A stretch of 64,000 nt of DNA from Eledone cirrhosa (Eukaryota): the NCBI GenBank assembly GCA_964016885.1, contig OZ024741.1:307148001-307212000 (forward strand), given 5' to 3'. A program made the position numbers and the translations under genes. The notes beneath the pieces are model-generated. The model searched no databases and had not been told where the DNA came from. It saw only the letters and a list, made by a program, of their open reading frames with translations. Below are positions 11,415 to 26,584 of this stretch, piece after piece. Position 1 is the first letter of the stretch. Each line of letters begins with the position of its first letter.

Positions 11415-13496
11415 CTAAGGCGGGTAAAATTCCCGAGATCCATGGACGAGTTCTCTCCAGCGGTCTCTGTCCCTCATTATCGCTGCCATATCCTGCATCT
11501 CCAACAGACCAGTGTCTGTCCTTAGGGCATCAACATATGTTAACCTTGGTCTTCCTCTTCTAGTGTGTCCATGTAGGGGCTCCCAAAGGAGCACTGAGTG
11601 CAATGTCAACTCTGGATGTCGGTGAGAATGTCCAACCAACCTCAGTCTCCTCTGTGTCACTTTTGAGCTGACTTTTGGGATGCTCCCATACAGCTCTGAG
11701 TTTTTCTTCCTCAGTGTATACTGATTAATGTTCAGAGCCATCCTCAGCATTCTCGTGTAGCACCCATCCACCATCTGAGTAAGTCTCTTGGTCAGTGTCC
11801 AAGTCTCAGACCCATACAGCAGCACAGACTCCACTACAGCAATGAAGAGGCGGATTTTCAGGTCTCTACGAAGGTCCGACTTCCACACCGATCTCAAGCT
11901 GTGAGACGCCGCCCAGGCCTTGCTCTTCCTCTCAACCACATCATCTTCCGTATTCCCAATCTTTGCTCCCAAATACAGGAAGTCCTCAACCAATTCCAGC
12001 GGCTTCCCGCCTACATTAGTGATCCCCTCTGGCTTCTCAACATTCTCTACCAGATATTTAGTTTTAGTTTCATTCATTATCAGCCCCACACTCATCGACA
12101 CAGTCTCAACCTCCCGCATCAAATCCTCTGCCTCCTTCACTGTATTTGTCACCAAAACTATGTCGTCGGCAAGTTCAGCATCCGATACCTTTTTCGCCCC
12201 AACTCTGCTGCTCTGAGCCGGTGCTACAGTAAAGCCAGAGTCCTGGTGTTTCTCCAGTGCAAGGCGCATACAATAGTCCACTACGATGATAAAAAGGTAG
12301 GGAGCCAATGTATCTCCCTGGAGCACTCCAGCCAGTATCTCAAAGAACTCTGTCATCCCATCAGGTGTAATGACTTGGGCTTTGGTGTTGGTGTAGAGCA
12401 GTAATATCAGGTCCACTATCCTCTTGGGGATTCCATAAGCCTGTAAGATCTTCATCAGGCAGTAACGGTCCACAGATTCAAAGGCCTTCCTAAAGTCAAT
12501 GAAAACCATGACCGCAGGAAGGCACTTTGCTCTAGCTCCCTCTAATATCCTCCTCAGCATCAGGATGTGACTGGTGGTTGATCTACCCTCCCTGAAGCCG
12601 TTCTGGTTGTCCCTGAGCTTCTTCTCCATCTCAGGCTGGATCCTGTTAAGAATCATCCTGTTGAGGGTCTTTGCCACAAGTGACGTCAGTGAGATCCCCC
12701 GGTAGTTGTTGGTGTTAGAGAGATCTCCCTTCTTTGGCACTGGGACGATGTTACTGATCCTCCACTGATTCGGGGCAACTCCTTTCTCCAGTGCCCCGTT
12801 ACAGAACCCCAGGATGATATCATCAAAATCACACCTCTTCATCACCTCTGATGCCACTTCCTCTTCTCCATGAGCCTTGCCCTCCTTGATCTTCTTCTTG
12901 GCTCTCTGAAGCTCCTCTCTAGTGAAGGGCTCTCTCTCAACATCCAGTTCCTCAAACAGCCGCCTGATCTCCCCAGTGCTCTGGGCTGTGGAGGGTGGCT
13001 CTCCTAGTAGGGTCCGAAAATGGTCTAGCCATTTCCTCTTCCTATCCTCGGGCCCTGTTCCCTGGATCTGACTCGAACACCTTTTCTTCCTCCCTGTGAT
13101 CTCGTTGATGATCATCCAGCTCTCCTTACATCCAGATCTGTCAACCGCTCTCTCCACACTTCTGATCTTCTCTATCAGTGCCTCCTCTCTGACCTCAGTG
13201 TAAGCGGTACAGAGCTCTTCCCACATCACCTCCACAGTCTCCATCCTCTCCTCCGTAGGATCAGCATAGAATTGGTCCTTGGCAGCTTTCAGGTGTTCTC
13301 TGGCTGCACACACTTTAGGGTTTGCAGAGCTGACGTGCTTCCTTTTGTTCTTTTTCCTCAGCACCAGGGTTTCACTTGCTTTCGCCACTGCATTGGTGAA
13401 GTGCCCGTACCTCCTCGTCACACTCTCCTCAGTCCATCCAATCTCTCTCTCCTCCGACTCTCCACACAGAGCACTAAACCTGTTTCTCAGTTCCAC
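11415..13496 (-). CDS. RTE reverse transcriptase (endonuclease missing)
   Basis: Uninterrupted frame with non-LTR RT motifs; LADD here versus FADD in the second copy. Confidence 0.85.
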   Translation of the reverse strand: MELRNRFSALCGESEEREIGWTEESVTRRYGHFTNAVAKASETLVLRKKNKRKHVSSANPKVCAAREHLKAAKDQFYADPTEERMETVEVMWEELCTAYTEVREEALIEKIRSVERAVDRSGCKESWMIINEITGRKKRCSSQIQGTGPEDRKRKWLDHFRTLLGEPPSTAQSTGEIRRLFEELDVEREPFTREELQRAKKKIKEGKAHGEEEVASEVMKRCDFDDIILGFCNGALEKGVAPNQWRISNIVPVPKKGDLSNTNNYRGISLTSLVAKTLNRMILNRIQPEMEKKLRDNQNGFREGRSTTSHILMLRRILEGARAKCLPAVMVFIDFRKAFESVDRYCLMKILQAYGIPKRIVDLILLLYTNTKAQVITPDGMTEFFEILAGVLQGDTLAPYLFIIVVDYCMRLALEKHQDSGFTVAPAQSSRVGAKKVSDAELADDIVLVTNTVKEAEDLMREVETVSMSVGLIMNETKTKYLVENVEKPEGITNVGGKPLELVEDFLYLGAKIGNTEDDVVERKSKAWAASHSLRSVWKSDLRRDLKIRLFIAVVESVLLYGSETWTLTKRLTQMVDGCYTRMLRMALNINQYTLRKKNSELYGSIPKVSSKVTQRRLRLVGHSHRHPELTLHSVLLWEPLHGHTRRGRPRLTYVDALRTDTGLLEMQDMAAIMRDRDRWRELVHGSREFYPP

Positions 13497-13585
13497 TGTG
13501 AACCTCCCCTGTAGCTTATCATCTTCCTTGAAAGCTCCCCAGTCATAGATTGTTCTCCGGGGCTGAGCCTTGCTCTTTCTTAAGC
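11415..13585 (-). mobile_element. 5'-truncated RTE-clade LINE
   Basis: 693-aa ORF at 11415-13496 with PKKGDL..NYRGISL, QNGFR.GRST, FIDFRKAF, GVLQGDTLAPYLF, LADD, SVLLYGSETW. Confidence 0.92.
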
Positions 13586-13604
13586 TGTAATATAATGAAA
13601 CGAA

Positions 13605-13723
<119 letters not shown>

Positions 13724-13975
13724 ATATATCTATATATGCATGCTACTGTACGTCTGTATACATATATGTATTTACGTATACATACATACTTACATTTAAG
13801 TAAGTGCCGTACTAAGAGTGAGAAATGAAATTTCGTTTCATTATATTACAACTTATCGTTTTCGGTACGCCTGGCCGACTGAACTCACTCGATATGCAAA
13901 TTAAGCTGCTCAACCGTTAATTTTCATAAGGAAAGTATATACTTTCGAACGTTCAACTATCTGGCAGAAGGGTAT

Positions 13976-14018
13976 ACGGTGCTGATGCTAGCTAACAAGC
14001 TTGAAACTAGTACATCGT
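13976..14018 (+). ncRNA. Minimal HHR, array copy (A9C)
   Basis: ACGGTG-CTGATGC-tAGCT aaca AGCTt-GAAA-CTAG-TA-CATCGT. Confidence 0.65.
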
Positions 14019-14167
14019 TCCTGTGTCAGTGTTGAACAAAAAGGTGACGTGGTTGCCTTAACACCGTATGGCATAAATCAGGCTGTTCGCTTGTTTACAA
14101 ACCGACAAAGCGGGTGTTATAATAAACGTTCGCTAAACTGATACGTACATGTATATATGTGTACCTG

Positions 14168-14221
<54 letters not shown>

Positions 14222-14450
14222 TGCTACTGTACGTCTGTATACATATATGTAAGTACGTATACATACATACTTACATTTAAGTAAGTGCCGTACTAAGAGT
14301 GAGAAATGAAATTTCGTTTCATTATATTTATCATTTTCGGTACGCCTGGCCGACTGAACTCACTCGATATGCAAATTAGGCTGCTCAGCCGTTAATTTTC
14401 ATAAGGAAAGTATATACTTTCGAACGTTCAACTATCTGGCAGAAGGGTAT

Positions 14451-14493
14451 ACGGTTCTGATGATAGCTAACAAGCTTGAAACTAGTACATCGT
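14451..14493 (+). ncRNA. Minimal HHR, array copy, intact core
   Basis: ACGGTT-CTGATGA-tAGCT aaca AGCTt-GAAA-CTAG-TA-CATCGT; first helix I pair is mismatched. Confidence 0.78.
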
Positions 14494-14642
14494 TCCTGTG
14501 TCAGTGTTGAACAAAAAGGTGACGTGGTTGCCTTAACACCGTATGGCATAAGTCAGGCTGTTCGCTTGTTTACAAACGGACAAAGTGGGCGTTATAATAA
14601 ACATTCGCTAAACTGGTACGTACATATATATATGTGTACCTG

Positions 14643-14734
<92 letters not shown>

Positions 14735-14847
14735 TGCTACTGTACGTCTGTATACATATATGTATGTACGTATACATACATACTTACATTTAAGTAAGTG
14801 CCGTACTAAGAGTGAGAAATGAAATTTCGTTTCATTATATTACAACT

Positions 14848-15890
<1,043 letters not shown>

Positions 15891-17950
15891 TCTTTTACTC
15901 ATTTACCTGTTTCAGCCATTCGACAGAGGCCATGCTGGGGCACCGCCCTTGTTGCTACACATTTTATCTCCAGCTTGTATAGGTTGGCCACTGGTGTAAG
16001 AGGGAGTTTGTTGCTGCTGCCGTTAGGTTTCCCTCGTGTCTTGCTGTGGGCTCATCCGGGATCCTGGATAACAAGGTGTCGAGATGTTTCTTAAAGACAT
16101 TCACCTCCACGTCATGCAAGTCTCTCAGATGCCTCGGCAGCCTGTTGAAGAGTTGAGGGCCGTTGAATCCCAGGCTATTGCAATACCTGCTCCTTATTCT
16201 AGATGTGGAAGACGGGACCTTTGGCACCACACAGTGACGTCCTGTTCGACGGTTGGTCCAGCTCCCAATGCCAAAGTTTGGTGCTAGTCCCTCCAGGATT
16301 TTCCATATGTAGATCACTGCGTATCTCTCCCTTCTTCGCTCCAAGGAGTAGAGGTTCAGTTCCTTTAGCCTCTCCCAGTAGCTTGTCTCCCTCATCTTGG
16401 CAATCCTCTTGGTGTAGCTTCGCTGGATTGCCTCAAGCTCCGTGGTTAGTTTGACACTATGGGGTGACCACAACTGGGAGCAGTAGTCCAGGCGGCATAG
16501 GACAAAAGTCCCCCACAGTGTCAACATGGTGTCTCGATCTCTTGTCCGGAAAGTCCTCAAGATCCAGCTAGCGAGTCGTCTGCACGTTGTCGCCACTTTC
16601 ATGATGTGTGAAGAAAAAGATGCATCATCGCTCATGTCTATGCCCAGGTCTCGTATCGATTTTGACACGGGGATATCGGTCCCTCCTGGTCCTGTGTAGC
16701 TGTGTTCCACTATATTTGTGTTTGCAGGTTTGTATTGTAGGGCTTGGAATTTGCAGCATTAAACTGCATGTTGTTTTCTTCCGCCCATCTGTATATGGCA
16801 TCCAGATCCTGCTGTAAAAGGGCAGCGTCAGCCGGGTTTTTGATTGCCTGTGCTACCTTAGTGTCATCAGCATAGCTAGCGAGGGATGTTGTTTCATGCA
16901 CCACAGAGGGCATGTCTGAGAGAGCCACCAAAAACAGTAGTGGTCCCAGGACTGTCCCCTGGGGCACCCCACTTGTTATTGGTGTTTCCTTTGAGAAGGC
17001 CCCATTTGCTGCGACTGCCTGGCTTCTGTCCCTTAGGAAGCCATGCAGCCACTCACCTACTTTTCCAGTTATGCCGAGTCCGTGTAGTTTGTGACATATC
17101 ATTCCGTGGTCGACCTTGTCAAAGGCCTTCGCAAAGTCAAGATATATCACGTCCACATGTGAGCTGTCTAGTAGTTGTCTCAGTACCCAGTCGTAGTGAT
17201 GTAGCAGCTGTGTAAGGCAGCTTCTTCCTGGGCGGAAGCCATGTTGCGTGCTAGTCAGACGGTCATTTTCTTCGAGGAAAGTGATTAGTTTCTTTCTGAC
17301 GACTCGCTCCATGACCTTACTGAAATGCGACGTCAGGGAGACTGGCCTATAGTTCTTGGCCTCCGCTCTACTACCTCCTTTATGGATAGGGCATATTGTG
17401 CCTTCTTTCAGCTCCCTGGGTAGTACACCGCTAGTCAAGGAGCTTCTGAAGAGCATCTTCAGTGGAGTTGCTAAGGCCCGCTTACATACTTTTAAGAGAA
17501 CTGCTGGGAATCCATCAGGTCCAGCAGCCGAGTCTGTTCTAATTTCATCAATGGCGTACACCACATCCTCCTCCGTTATGTCTATGTGGTTGATGGTTGC
17601 CATTTCTTGATGTAGTGTTGTGGCATCAAAGAACTCCTCTGGCTTCGTTATTTGCATGTGCGTCAGTGGACATGTGAACACACTTTTGTACTGTTCGTTC
17701 AGTATTTCACATATCTCATGGGGATTTTCGGTTAATGAACCGTCCGTGTGGAAGAGTGGCCTAATCTTGCAGTGTACTGAGGCAGTTTCTTTTGCAAATT
17801 TAAAGAAGGCCTTAGGGTTTGTTTTAATGTTTTCTATGGCCCTGTTCTCTTTCTTTGCCCTCTCATTCTCATGTGAATGTTTGAGTGCAATCTCGGTGTC
17901 AAGTAGTGCACGTTTCAAATAGGATTCCTTCTTGTTTTTGTTTTGTTGAC
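15891..17950 (-). mobile_element. 5'-truncated CR1/L2-type LINE, family A, with its 3' UTR; frameshifted
   Basis: NYRPVSLTSH, QHGFRPGRSC, YLDFAKAFDKV, SGVPQGTVLGPLLF, YADD, LDYCSQLWSP; the 3' end reads GGCGGTGCCCCAGCATGGCC...GTAAAAGAG. Confidence 0.92.
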
Positions 17951-18854
17951 TATATATATATACATATATATATATACATATATATATATACATATATATA
18001 TATACATATATATATATACATATATATATATACATATATATTTTTGTTCTTCGTTTTATTTTATGTATTTTTTTACTACCACATGCTGTCTGTCTTCCTA
18101 TCATAAATATGTCTCCCTACATCAATCGCGTAAATATGTCTTAAGCATTTTCCATTGACTCTGTCTGTCTGCTATTATAATATTAACATTGATATATCAT
18201 ATTATTTTTATGTAATTGAATTATAGATATTAATATATGTCAGATATTTGAGGTACTGTTTTGTAATATTTTGTAATATTTTATGAATGTAAACTGCCTA
18301 TACCTCTATGTATTTATTGTCAATACTTTACGTATTTATATATATATTTTTTCAACATACTTTAGTTTTGTATGATATTTTTTCTTACCCTCTGAAAAAC
18401 TTTATATACAATTTATTGACCTTAGATAATATGTATGATGTAGTTTTGTATATTTTTTAATGTCAGTATATTATTCTATTGTTTTCTGTATTGTTTATGC
18501 ACAACGTCAGGGTGATTATTTTAGTCTATTATAAAGGTTTTTTTATATTATAACGAGTATATTTATATTTAAATACTTAATAAGTGTTAGTATGTGTTTG
18601 TGTAAATGTGTATATATATGGATATATATATATATATACATATATTAAGCTTTTTATTCCTTATTATCCATTATATTGTATTCTATATCATATTGTAATT
18701 CTCACATTATATTACCACGTTGTGTTTCATGTATTTGTATTATACTGTACTTTCAACGTAGGTTTGACATGTTACTCGCATTCTTTCCCTATAGTCTATA
18801 TATATAACTGCACACTTTTAGCTTTAGCATGCTTTTCCTTGATATCTTTCCTAA

Positions 18855-19054
18855 NNNNNNNNNNNNNNNNNNNNNNNNNNNNNNNNNNNNNNNNNNNNNN
18901 NNNNNNNNNNNNNNNNNNNNNNNNNNNNNNNNNNNNNNNNNNNNNNNNNNNNNNNNNNNNNNNNNNNNNNNNNNNNNNNNNNNNNNNNNNNNNNNNNNNN
19001 NNNNNNNNNNNNNNNNNNNNNNNNNNNNNNNNNNNNNNNNNNNNNNNNNNNNNN
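18855..19054. other. Assembly gap (200 N)
   Basis: Run of N. Confidence 1.
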
Positions 19055-19548
19055 GCAGTGGTAAATATATGTATTAAAATATAGAGAAAAATACTGCAGG
19101 TAGCACATGGATAACATGTAATAAAATAAGTCCCTCATCAGTGATTTGCCGAAGATCATAGATATTTCATTGCATTAAAAATCATATATCTCACTTCGGT
19201 GCAATAATAACCAAAATAAGTTATTAGGACAATTAAAACGCGTAAAGCGAGTGAGACAGGAGAACAACCGAAAGTATAGCATACCGTAGGGGATAGAAAC
19301 AAGCTTCAAAAATTATTCTGTTTAGCATAAGCTAGGTGAGTATATGAGCGCTTAGAGAATAGAACCTACACGAACGAGGGCTATGAGCAGAGAGAGAAAA
19401 ATATAGCGTTCGTGAGTGCAGGATGAAATGAAGAGAAGAGGGAGAAAAACAGTGAGTGAGTGAAAGTGTGAGGAAGAGTTAACGGACAAGACAGAGCGGG
19501 AGAAACAGAGAGAATGGGGGAACAGTAAGAGAGAGAGAAAAAAACACA

Positions 19549-19549
<1 letters not shown>

Positions 19550-19643
<94 letters not shown>

Positions 19644-19678
19644 CATATATATATATACATATATATATATACATATAC

Positions 19679-19749
<71 letters not shown>

Positions 19750-19836
19750 CATATATATATACATATATACATATATATATACATATATATATATATATAG
19801 ATATACACATATATATATATACATAAATATATATAC

Positions 19837-19909
<73 letters not shown>

Positions 19910-19990
19910 TATATATATATATATACACACATATATATATATATATATATATACATACATATATATATATATACATTTATATATATATAC

Positions 19991-20049
<59 letters not shown>

Positions 20050-20052
20050 CAT
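19550..20052. repeat. Interrupted (TA)n microsatellite
   Basis: Direct reading. Confidence 0.97.
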
Positions 20053-20570
20053 ATAAATGGAATAGAATGAAACGAAATTTCATTTCTCACTCTTAGTACG
20101 GCACTTACTTAAATGTAAGTATGTATGTATACGTACATACATATATGTATACAGACGTACAGTAGCATGTATATATATACATACAGGCACACATATATAT
20201 ATGCACGTATCAGTTTACCGAACATTTATTATAATGCTCGGTTTGTTCGTTTGTAAACAAATAAACATCCTGAATTACGCCGTACAGTGTTTAGCAGAAA
20301 GGTATACGGTGCTGACGATAGCTAATAAGCTTGAAACTAGTACATCGTACCTGTGTCAGTGTTGAACAAAAAGGTGACGTGTTTGCCTAAACACTGTACG
20401 GCGTAATTGATGCTGTTTGTTTGTTAAAAAACGAACAAACCGAGCATTATAATAAATGTTCGGTAAACTGATACGTGCATATATATATGTGTGCCTGTAT
20501 GTATATATATACATGCTACTGTACGTCTGTATACATATATGTATGTACGTATACATACATACTTACATTT
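20053..20570 (+). mobile_element. Diverged variant of the HHR repeat unit in fold-back arrangement
   Basis: ~20110-20294 is inverted relative to ~20387-20570, with the HHR in the loop; homologous to the 10.7-14.8 kb units. Confidence 0.8.
20305..20349 (+). ncRNA. Minimal type I HHR, intact core and helix I
   Basis: TACGGTG-CTGACGA-tAGCT aata AGCTt-GAAA-CTAG-TA-CATCGTA. Confidence 0.85.
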
Positions 20571-20620
20571 ATATACATATATATATACATATATATACAT
20601 ATACATATATATATATACAT

Positions 20621-23600
20621 CTAAGGCAGGTAAAATTCCCGAGATCCATGGACGAGTTCTCTCCAGCGGTCTCTGTCACTCATTATCGCTGCCATGTCCT
20701 GCGTCTCTAACAGACCAGTGTCTGTCCTTAGGGCATCAACATACGTTAACCTTGGTCTTCTTCTTCTAGTGTGTCCATGTAGGGGCTGCCAAAGGAGCAC
20801 TGAGTGCAATGTCAAATCTGGATGTCGGTGAGCATGTCCAGCTAACGTCAGTCTCCTCTGTCACTTTTGAGCTGACTTTTGGGATGCTCCCATACAGCTG
20901 AGTTTTTCATCCTCAGTGTATACTGATTAATGTTCAGAGCCATCCTCAGCATTCTCGTGTAGCACCCATCCACCATCTGAGGGAGTTTCTTGGTCAGTGT
21001 CCAAGTCTCAGACCCATATAGCAGCACAGACTCCACTACAGCAATGAAGAGGCGGATTTTCAGGTCTCTACGAAGGTCCGACTTCCACACCGATCTCAAG
21101 CTGTGGCACGCCGCCCAGGCCTTGCTCTTCCTCTCAACCACATCATCTTCCGTATTCCCAATCTTTGCTCCCAAATACAGGAAGCCCTCAACTAATTCTA
21201 GCGGCTTGCCGCCTACATTAGTGATCCCCTCTGGCTTCTCAACATTCTCTACCAGATATTTTGTTTTAGTCTCATTTATTCTCAGCCCCACACTCATCGA
21301 CACAGTCTCAACCTCTGCCTCCTTCACTGTATTTGTCACCAAAACTATGTCGTCGGCAAATTCAACATCCGATACCTTTTTCGCCCTAACTCTCCTGCTC
21401 TCAGCCAGTGCTACAGTAAAGCCAGAGTCCTGGTGTTTCTCCAGTGCAAGGTGCATACAATAGTCCACTACGATGACAAAAAGTTAGGGAGCCAATGTAT
21501 CTCCCTGGAGCACTCCAGCCAGTATCTCAAAGAACTCTGTCATCCCATCAGGTGTAATAACTTGGGCTTTGGTGTTGGTGTAGAGCAGTGATATCAGGTC
21601 CACTATCTTCTTGGGGATTCCATAAGCCTGTAAGATCTTCATCAGGCCGTAACGGTCCACAGAATCAAAGGCCTTCCTAAAGTCAATGCAAACCATGACC
21701 GCAGGAAGGCACTTTGCTCTAGCTCCCTCTAATATCCTCCTCAGCATCAGGATGTGACAGGTGCTTGATCTACCCTCTCTAAAGCCGTTCTGGTTGCACC
21801 TGAGCTTCTTCTCCATCTCAGGCTGGATCCTGTTAAGAATCATCCCGTTGAGGGTCTTTTCCACAAGTGACGTCAGTGAGATCCCCCTGTAGTTGTTGGT
21901 GTTAGAGAGATCTCCCTTCTTTGGCACTGGGACGATGTTACTGATCCTCCACTGATTCGGGGCAACTCCTTTCTCCAGTGCCCCGTTACAGAACCCTAGG
22001 ATGATATCATCAAAATCACATCTCTTCATCACCTCTGATGCCACTCCATCTTCTCCATGAGCCTTGCCCTCCTTGATCCTCTTCTTGGCTCTCTGAAGCT
22101 CCTCTCTGGTGAAGGGCTCTGTCTCATCATCCAGTTCCTCAAACAGCCGCCTGATCTCCCCAGTGCTCTGGGCTGTGGAGGGTGGCTCTCCTAGTAGGGT
22201 CCTAAAATGGTTTAGCCTCTTTCTATCCTCGGGCCCCGTTCCCTGGATCTGACTCGAACACCTTCTCTTCCTCCCTGTGATCTAGTTGATGATCATCCAG
22301 CTCTCCTTACATCCAGATCTGTCAACCGCTCTCTCTACACTTCTGATCTTCTCTATCAGTGCCTCCTCTCTGACGTCAGTGTAAGCGGTACAGAGTTCTT
22401 CCCTCATCACCTCCACAGTCTCCATCCTCTCCACCGTAGGATCAGCATAGAATTGGTCCTTGGCAGCTTTCAGGTGTTCTCTGGCTGCACACACTTTTGG
22501 GTTTGCAGAGCTGACGTGCCTCCCTTTGTTCTTTTTCCTCGGCACCATGGTTTCACTTGCTTCCGCCACTGCATTGGTGAAGTGCCCGTACCTCCTCGTC
22601 ACACTCTCCTCAGTCCATCCAATCTCTCTCTCCTCTGACTCTCCACACAGAGCACTAAACCTGTTTCTCACTTCCACTGTGAACCTCTCCTGTAGCTTAT
22701 CATCTTCCTTGAAAGCACCCCAGTCATAGACTGCTCTCCGGGGCCGAGCCTTGCTCTTTCTTAAGCTCACCCGGACCTCACTCATAACAAGCCGGTGGTC
22801 ACTACCCAGTGTACTGAAATAGTTGTATGGTTCAGTGTTCAGAATACTATTCCGCCACTTTTTCCTCACCAGAATGAAATCAATCTGGGACTTGGACAGG
22901 TGCATATCTGAGATGTAGGTACACATCTTCCCCCAGATTCTTCCTAAACCTTAGGTTGGTCGCCATCAAGTTCGCCACCAGCAGGTTGTCTCTCAGTAGT
23001 CTTCCATTTCAGTTGGTGTTGTTATGGAAGTACCAGCAAGGATCCTCACTGCCCTCCTTACTCAGATGTGCATTGAAGTCCCCCAAAACAAGCAGGATAT
23101 TGTGTGACTGAGTGGTGTTGACAGCTCTACACACCTCCTCATGGAACTCTTCCGCACTCACATCACTGTCCCCCTCGGTTGGACTATAGGCTGAGATGAC
23201 TGTCAGTCTTGGGTTTCCATTGAAGGTCACCCTCAACACTCGCGGGGAGATAGGCATTATTTCCCTCACCAACAGATTGGTTTTGGCACTGAACACAAAA
23301 CCCACTCCTCCTACTGCAGCATTTGTTGTGTTCTTGACTGCCGATGAAGTGATGAGCTGCCTCCTCTTCCCGATCATCACACTCCTCACGGGCTCATCGT
23401 GTAGGATCCTGTGTTCTTGGATCGCAAGTATCTGTATACCACTCTCCTCGAACAGATGTCCCAACTCCTCTCTCTTTTCCAGCGTCCAAATAGTCCTCAC
23501 ATTCAAAGTGCCCATATTGATGTCTCTTCTGCAGGACAAAACAACATTCTTTATATTTGTCTCGGAGACAGCTGATCCATCATCCACTGGCCCTCTCTGT

Positions 23601-23755
23601 GGCTCTAAGCGAGCAGAGTCATAACGACCAGGCTGCTCCTTGACAGTGTAATTAGGGACTCTAACCCTAGTGCTGTTAGATCGACTCAACATATTTCTTT
23701 TCCATGGCTGACAATACCTTACCGGCACCACTCGAATAAGGTAGTTATTTAACCC
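20621..23755 (-). mobile_element. Near full-length RTE LINE (APE endonuclease + RT) with stops and frameshifts
   Basis: APE motifs GTLNVRT, LAIQEHR, SAYSPT, LGDFNA, IDFILV, SDHRLV; RT pieces at 20621-22926 closely similar to 11415-13585. Confidence 0.92.
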
Positions 23756-23769
23756 ATATATACATATAC

Positions 23770-23801
<32 letters not shown>

Positions 23802-23812
23802 ATATATTATAC

Positions 23813-23847
<35 letters not shown>

Positions 23848-23920
23848 CATACATATATATTTATACATATATATATATATACATATATATATACATATAT
23901 ATAAATATATATATACATAT

Positions 23921-24621
23921 ATTAGAAAGTGAGGTTTCTTTTACAAAATGAAAAATAACCGGTGTCCTACACGAGTGAAAGTATAAAGAAAAAAAGATGA
24001 AATCGATAATGCAACTGGAGTCTTATTTAAAAAAAATATATATATATTTATTTGGTTCCTTTACCGGTTTCGCAGTTCTTATGCTTTTCAAAAGTAGAGT
24101 TGAGATGGAGGGTCTGTGGTTTTTCTCACATCTGGTTGGTCTCTGAATGTTACTTGTTTTATATGGAAAAAGTGGCTCGAAATGCCAGGTTTTTCGAGAA
24201 GTAATTTGATTGGTTGGTCAATAATTATAAAAAAAATGTGCGCCAGTTAGCGTTACAAAGTTCTTCAAACAAGGGGGGGGGGGTCACAGGTTGTTTTTTT
24301 CATATATAAGTGTTTGAATTTCTTGTTACTTGAAAAAAGGGGCTCACGAAGGCTTTTTTTAATAAGCGTAATTTGACTGGTTATAAATGAAATTATGGCT
24401 GTCACGTGAACATTAAATTTCATTAAATTTTCTTGCCCTTATTTGGAAATCCATTCTGTAGCCTTTTTAGAGGATTTTATGATAAGTAAAAGAAAATGGT
24501 CAAGAGAAATGTGATGGGAGAATTGCTCTGGTTCAGTGAATATGGTTAGTTCGCTGGGGTGTCAGAATTCAGATTTTCTATTGAATAAAGAAAGTAAAGA
24601 TATGTATGTTTATTTGTGTGC

Positions 24622-24665
<44 letters not shown>

Positions 24666-25345
24666 GTGTGTCTGTGTGTGTGTGTGGTGTGTGTTGCGTG
24701 TGTGTGTTTGAATTTCTTTTTACTTGAAAAAAGGGGCTCACGGAGGCTTTTTTTTAATAAGCGTAATTTGATTGGTTATAAATGAAATTATGGCTGTCAC
24801 GTGAACAAGTTTTCATTAGATGTTCTCGCCCTTATTTGGAAATCCATTCTGTAGGCTTTTTAGAGAATTTTATGATAAGTAAAAGATAATGGTTAAGAGA
24901 AATGTGATGGGAGAATTGTTCTGGTTCAGTGAATATGGTTAGTTCGCTGGGGTGTCAGAATTCAGATTTTCTATTGAATAAAGAAAGTAAAGATATGTAT
25001 ATTTATTTGTGTGCGTGTGTGTGTGTGTGTGTGTGTTTGAATTTCTTTTTACTTAAAAAAGAGGGGGCTCACGAAGGCTTTTTTTTAATAAACGTACTTT
25101 GATTGGTTATAAATGAAATTATGGCTGTCACATGAACAAGTTTTCATTACATTTTCTCGCCCTTATTTGGAAATCTATTCTGTAGCCTTTTTAGAGAATT
25201 TTATGACAAGCAAAAGATAATGGTAAAGAGAAATGGGATGGGAGAATTGTTCTGGTTCAGTGAATATGGTTAGTTATCTGGGGTGTCAGAATTCAGATTT
25301 TCTATTGAATAAAGAAAGTAAAGATATGTATGTTTATTTGTGTGC

Positions 25346-25379
<34 letters not shown>

Positions 25380-26232
25380 TGGAAGATGATTCTATTAGTA
25401 GAAATGGGGGAGGGAGTTGTGTGTGTGTGCGAGTATGTTAAGATGGAGAGAATATATATTTTGTGTGTGTATATATGTGTGTAGGAAAGTGATTCTATTA
25501 ATAGAAATGGGGGAGGGGGTTGTGTGTGTGGGTGTGGGGGTTGTTATGTTGTGTATGGGTGTTATGTGTGTGGGAGTATGGTTAGCATGTTAAGATGAAG
25601 AGAATATATATATATATATTATGTGTGTGTGTGTGTGTGTGTGTGTAGGAAAATGATTCCTTTAGTAGGAATATTTTTGAATGAACATATTTTCCTTACT
25701 TATTCGTATTTGTTCTGTTGTATTGTCAGTGCAAACGTATGTTAAGGTCTATTTAGTTCAGGTTTTTATTTTCTAAAGTAGAAGGTGTTATGTGTGTGTG
25801 TATGTGTCTGTTTGGATGGTTAGCATGTTATGTTGTTGACATAATGTATATTAAACCATATTTAATGCTGGTCTATATTTTTGAATAAACATATTTTCCT
25901 TATTTATTCGTATTTGTTCTGTTGTATTGTTAGCGCAAAGGTAAAATGGGAAGACTTGGAAATTGGGTGTCTTATTACTTGCGCAAATGTCTAGATGTGC
26001 GCTTAGTGGTATCTGTCTCGTGGTTGGATCTCGTAATTGTTGGCGATGAACTGTCATTCTGTTTCTGAGTGTGAGATTAGTTTGTCCTATATAATCTTTA
26101 TTGCATCCTTTACATTTAATGGCATAAAAGAAATTTTTTGATGAGCAAGTGAAGTGATTTTTTACAGTAAAATTTTGTCCTGATTTAAATGTATACGTGT
26201 TGCCTTCAATGAGGTGAGTGCAAGTTCCAAAA
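23921..26232 (-). mobile_element. Neptune-like PLE 3' part: endonuclease, tandemly expanded 3' region, terminal HHR segment
   Basis: 25851-26232 encodes [28 protein letters not shown]...RMTVH...SAHL...[14 protein letters not shown]; three ~350-390 bp units at 24310-25380. Confidence 0.8.
24058..24094 (-). ncRNA. Minimal HHR, U3-A8 core variant (second copy)
   Basis: CTT-TTGAAAA-GCA taagaac TGC-GAAA-CCGG-TA-AAG. Confidence 0.55.
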
Positions 26233-26326
26233 TTACATATATATATACATATATATAAATATATATATATATACATATATATATACATATATATATATAA
26301 ATATATATATATACATATATATATAC

Positions 26327-26369
<43 letters not shown>

Positions 26370-26492
26370 TATATAAATATATATATACATATATATATAC
26401 ATATATATATAAATATATATATATAGATATATATATACATATATATATAAATATATATATATATATACATATATATATACATATATATATAC

Positions 26493-26529
<37 letters not shown>

Positions 26530-26584
26530 TATATAAATATATATATATATACATATATATATAAATATATATATATATACATAT

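Noticed and set aside
18855-19159. ORFs containing X runs
   Set aside because: They span the N gap.
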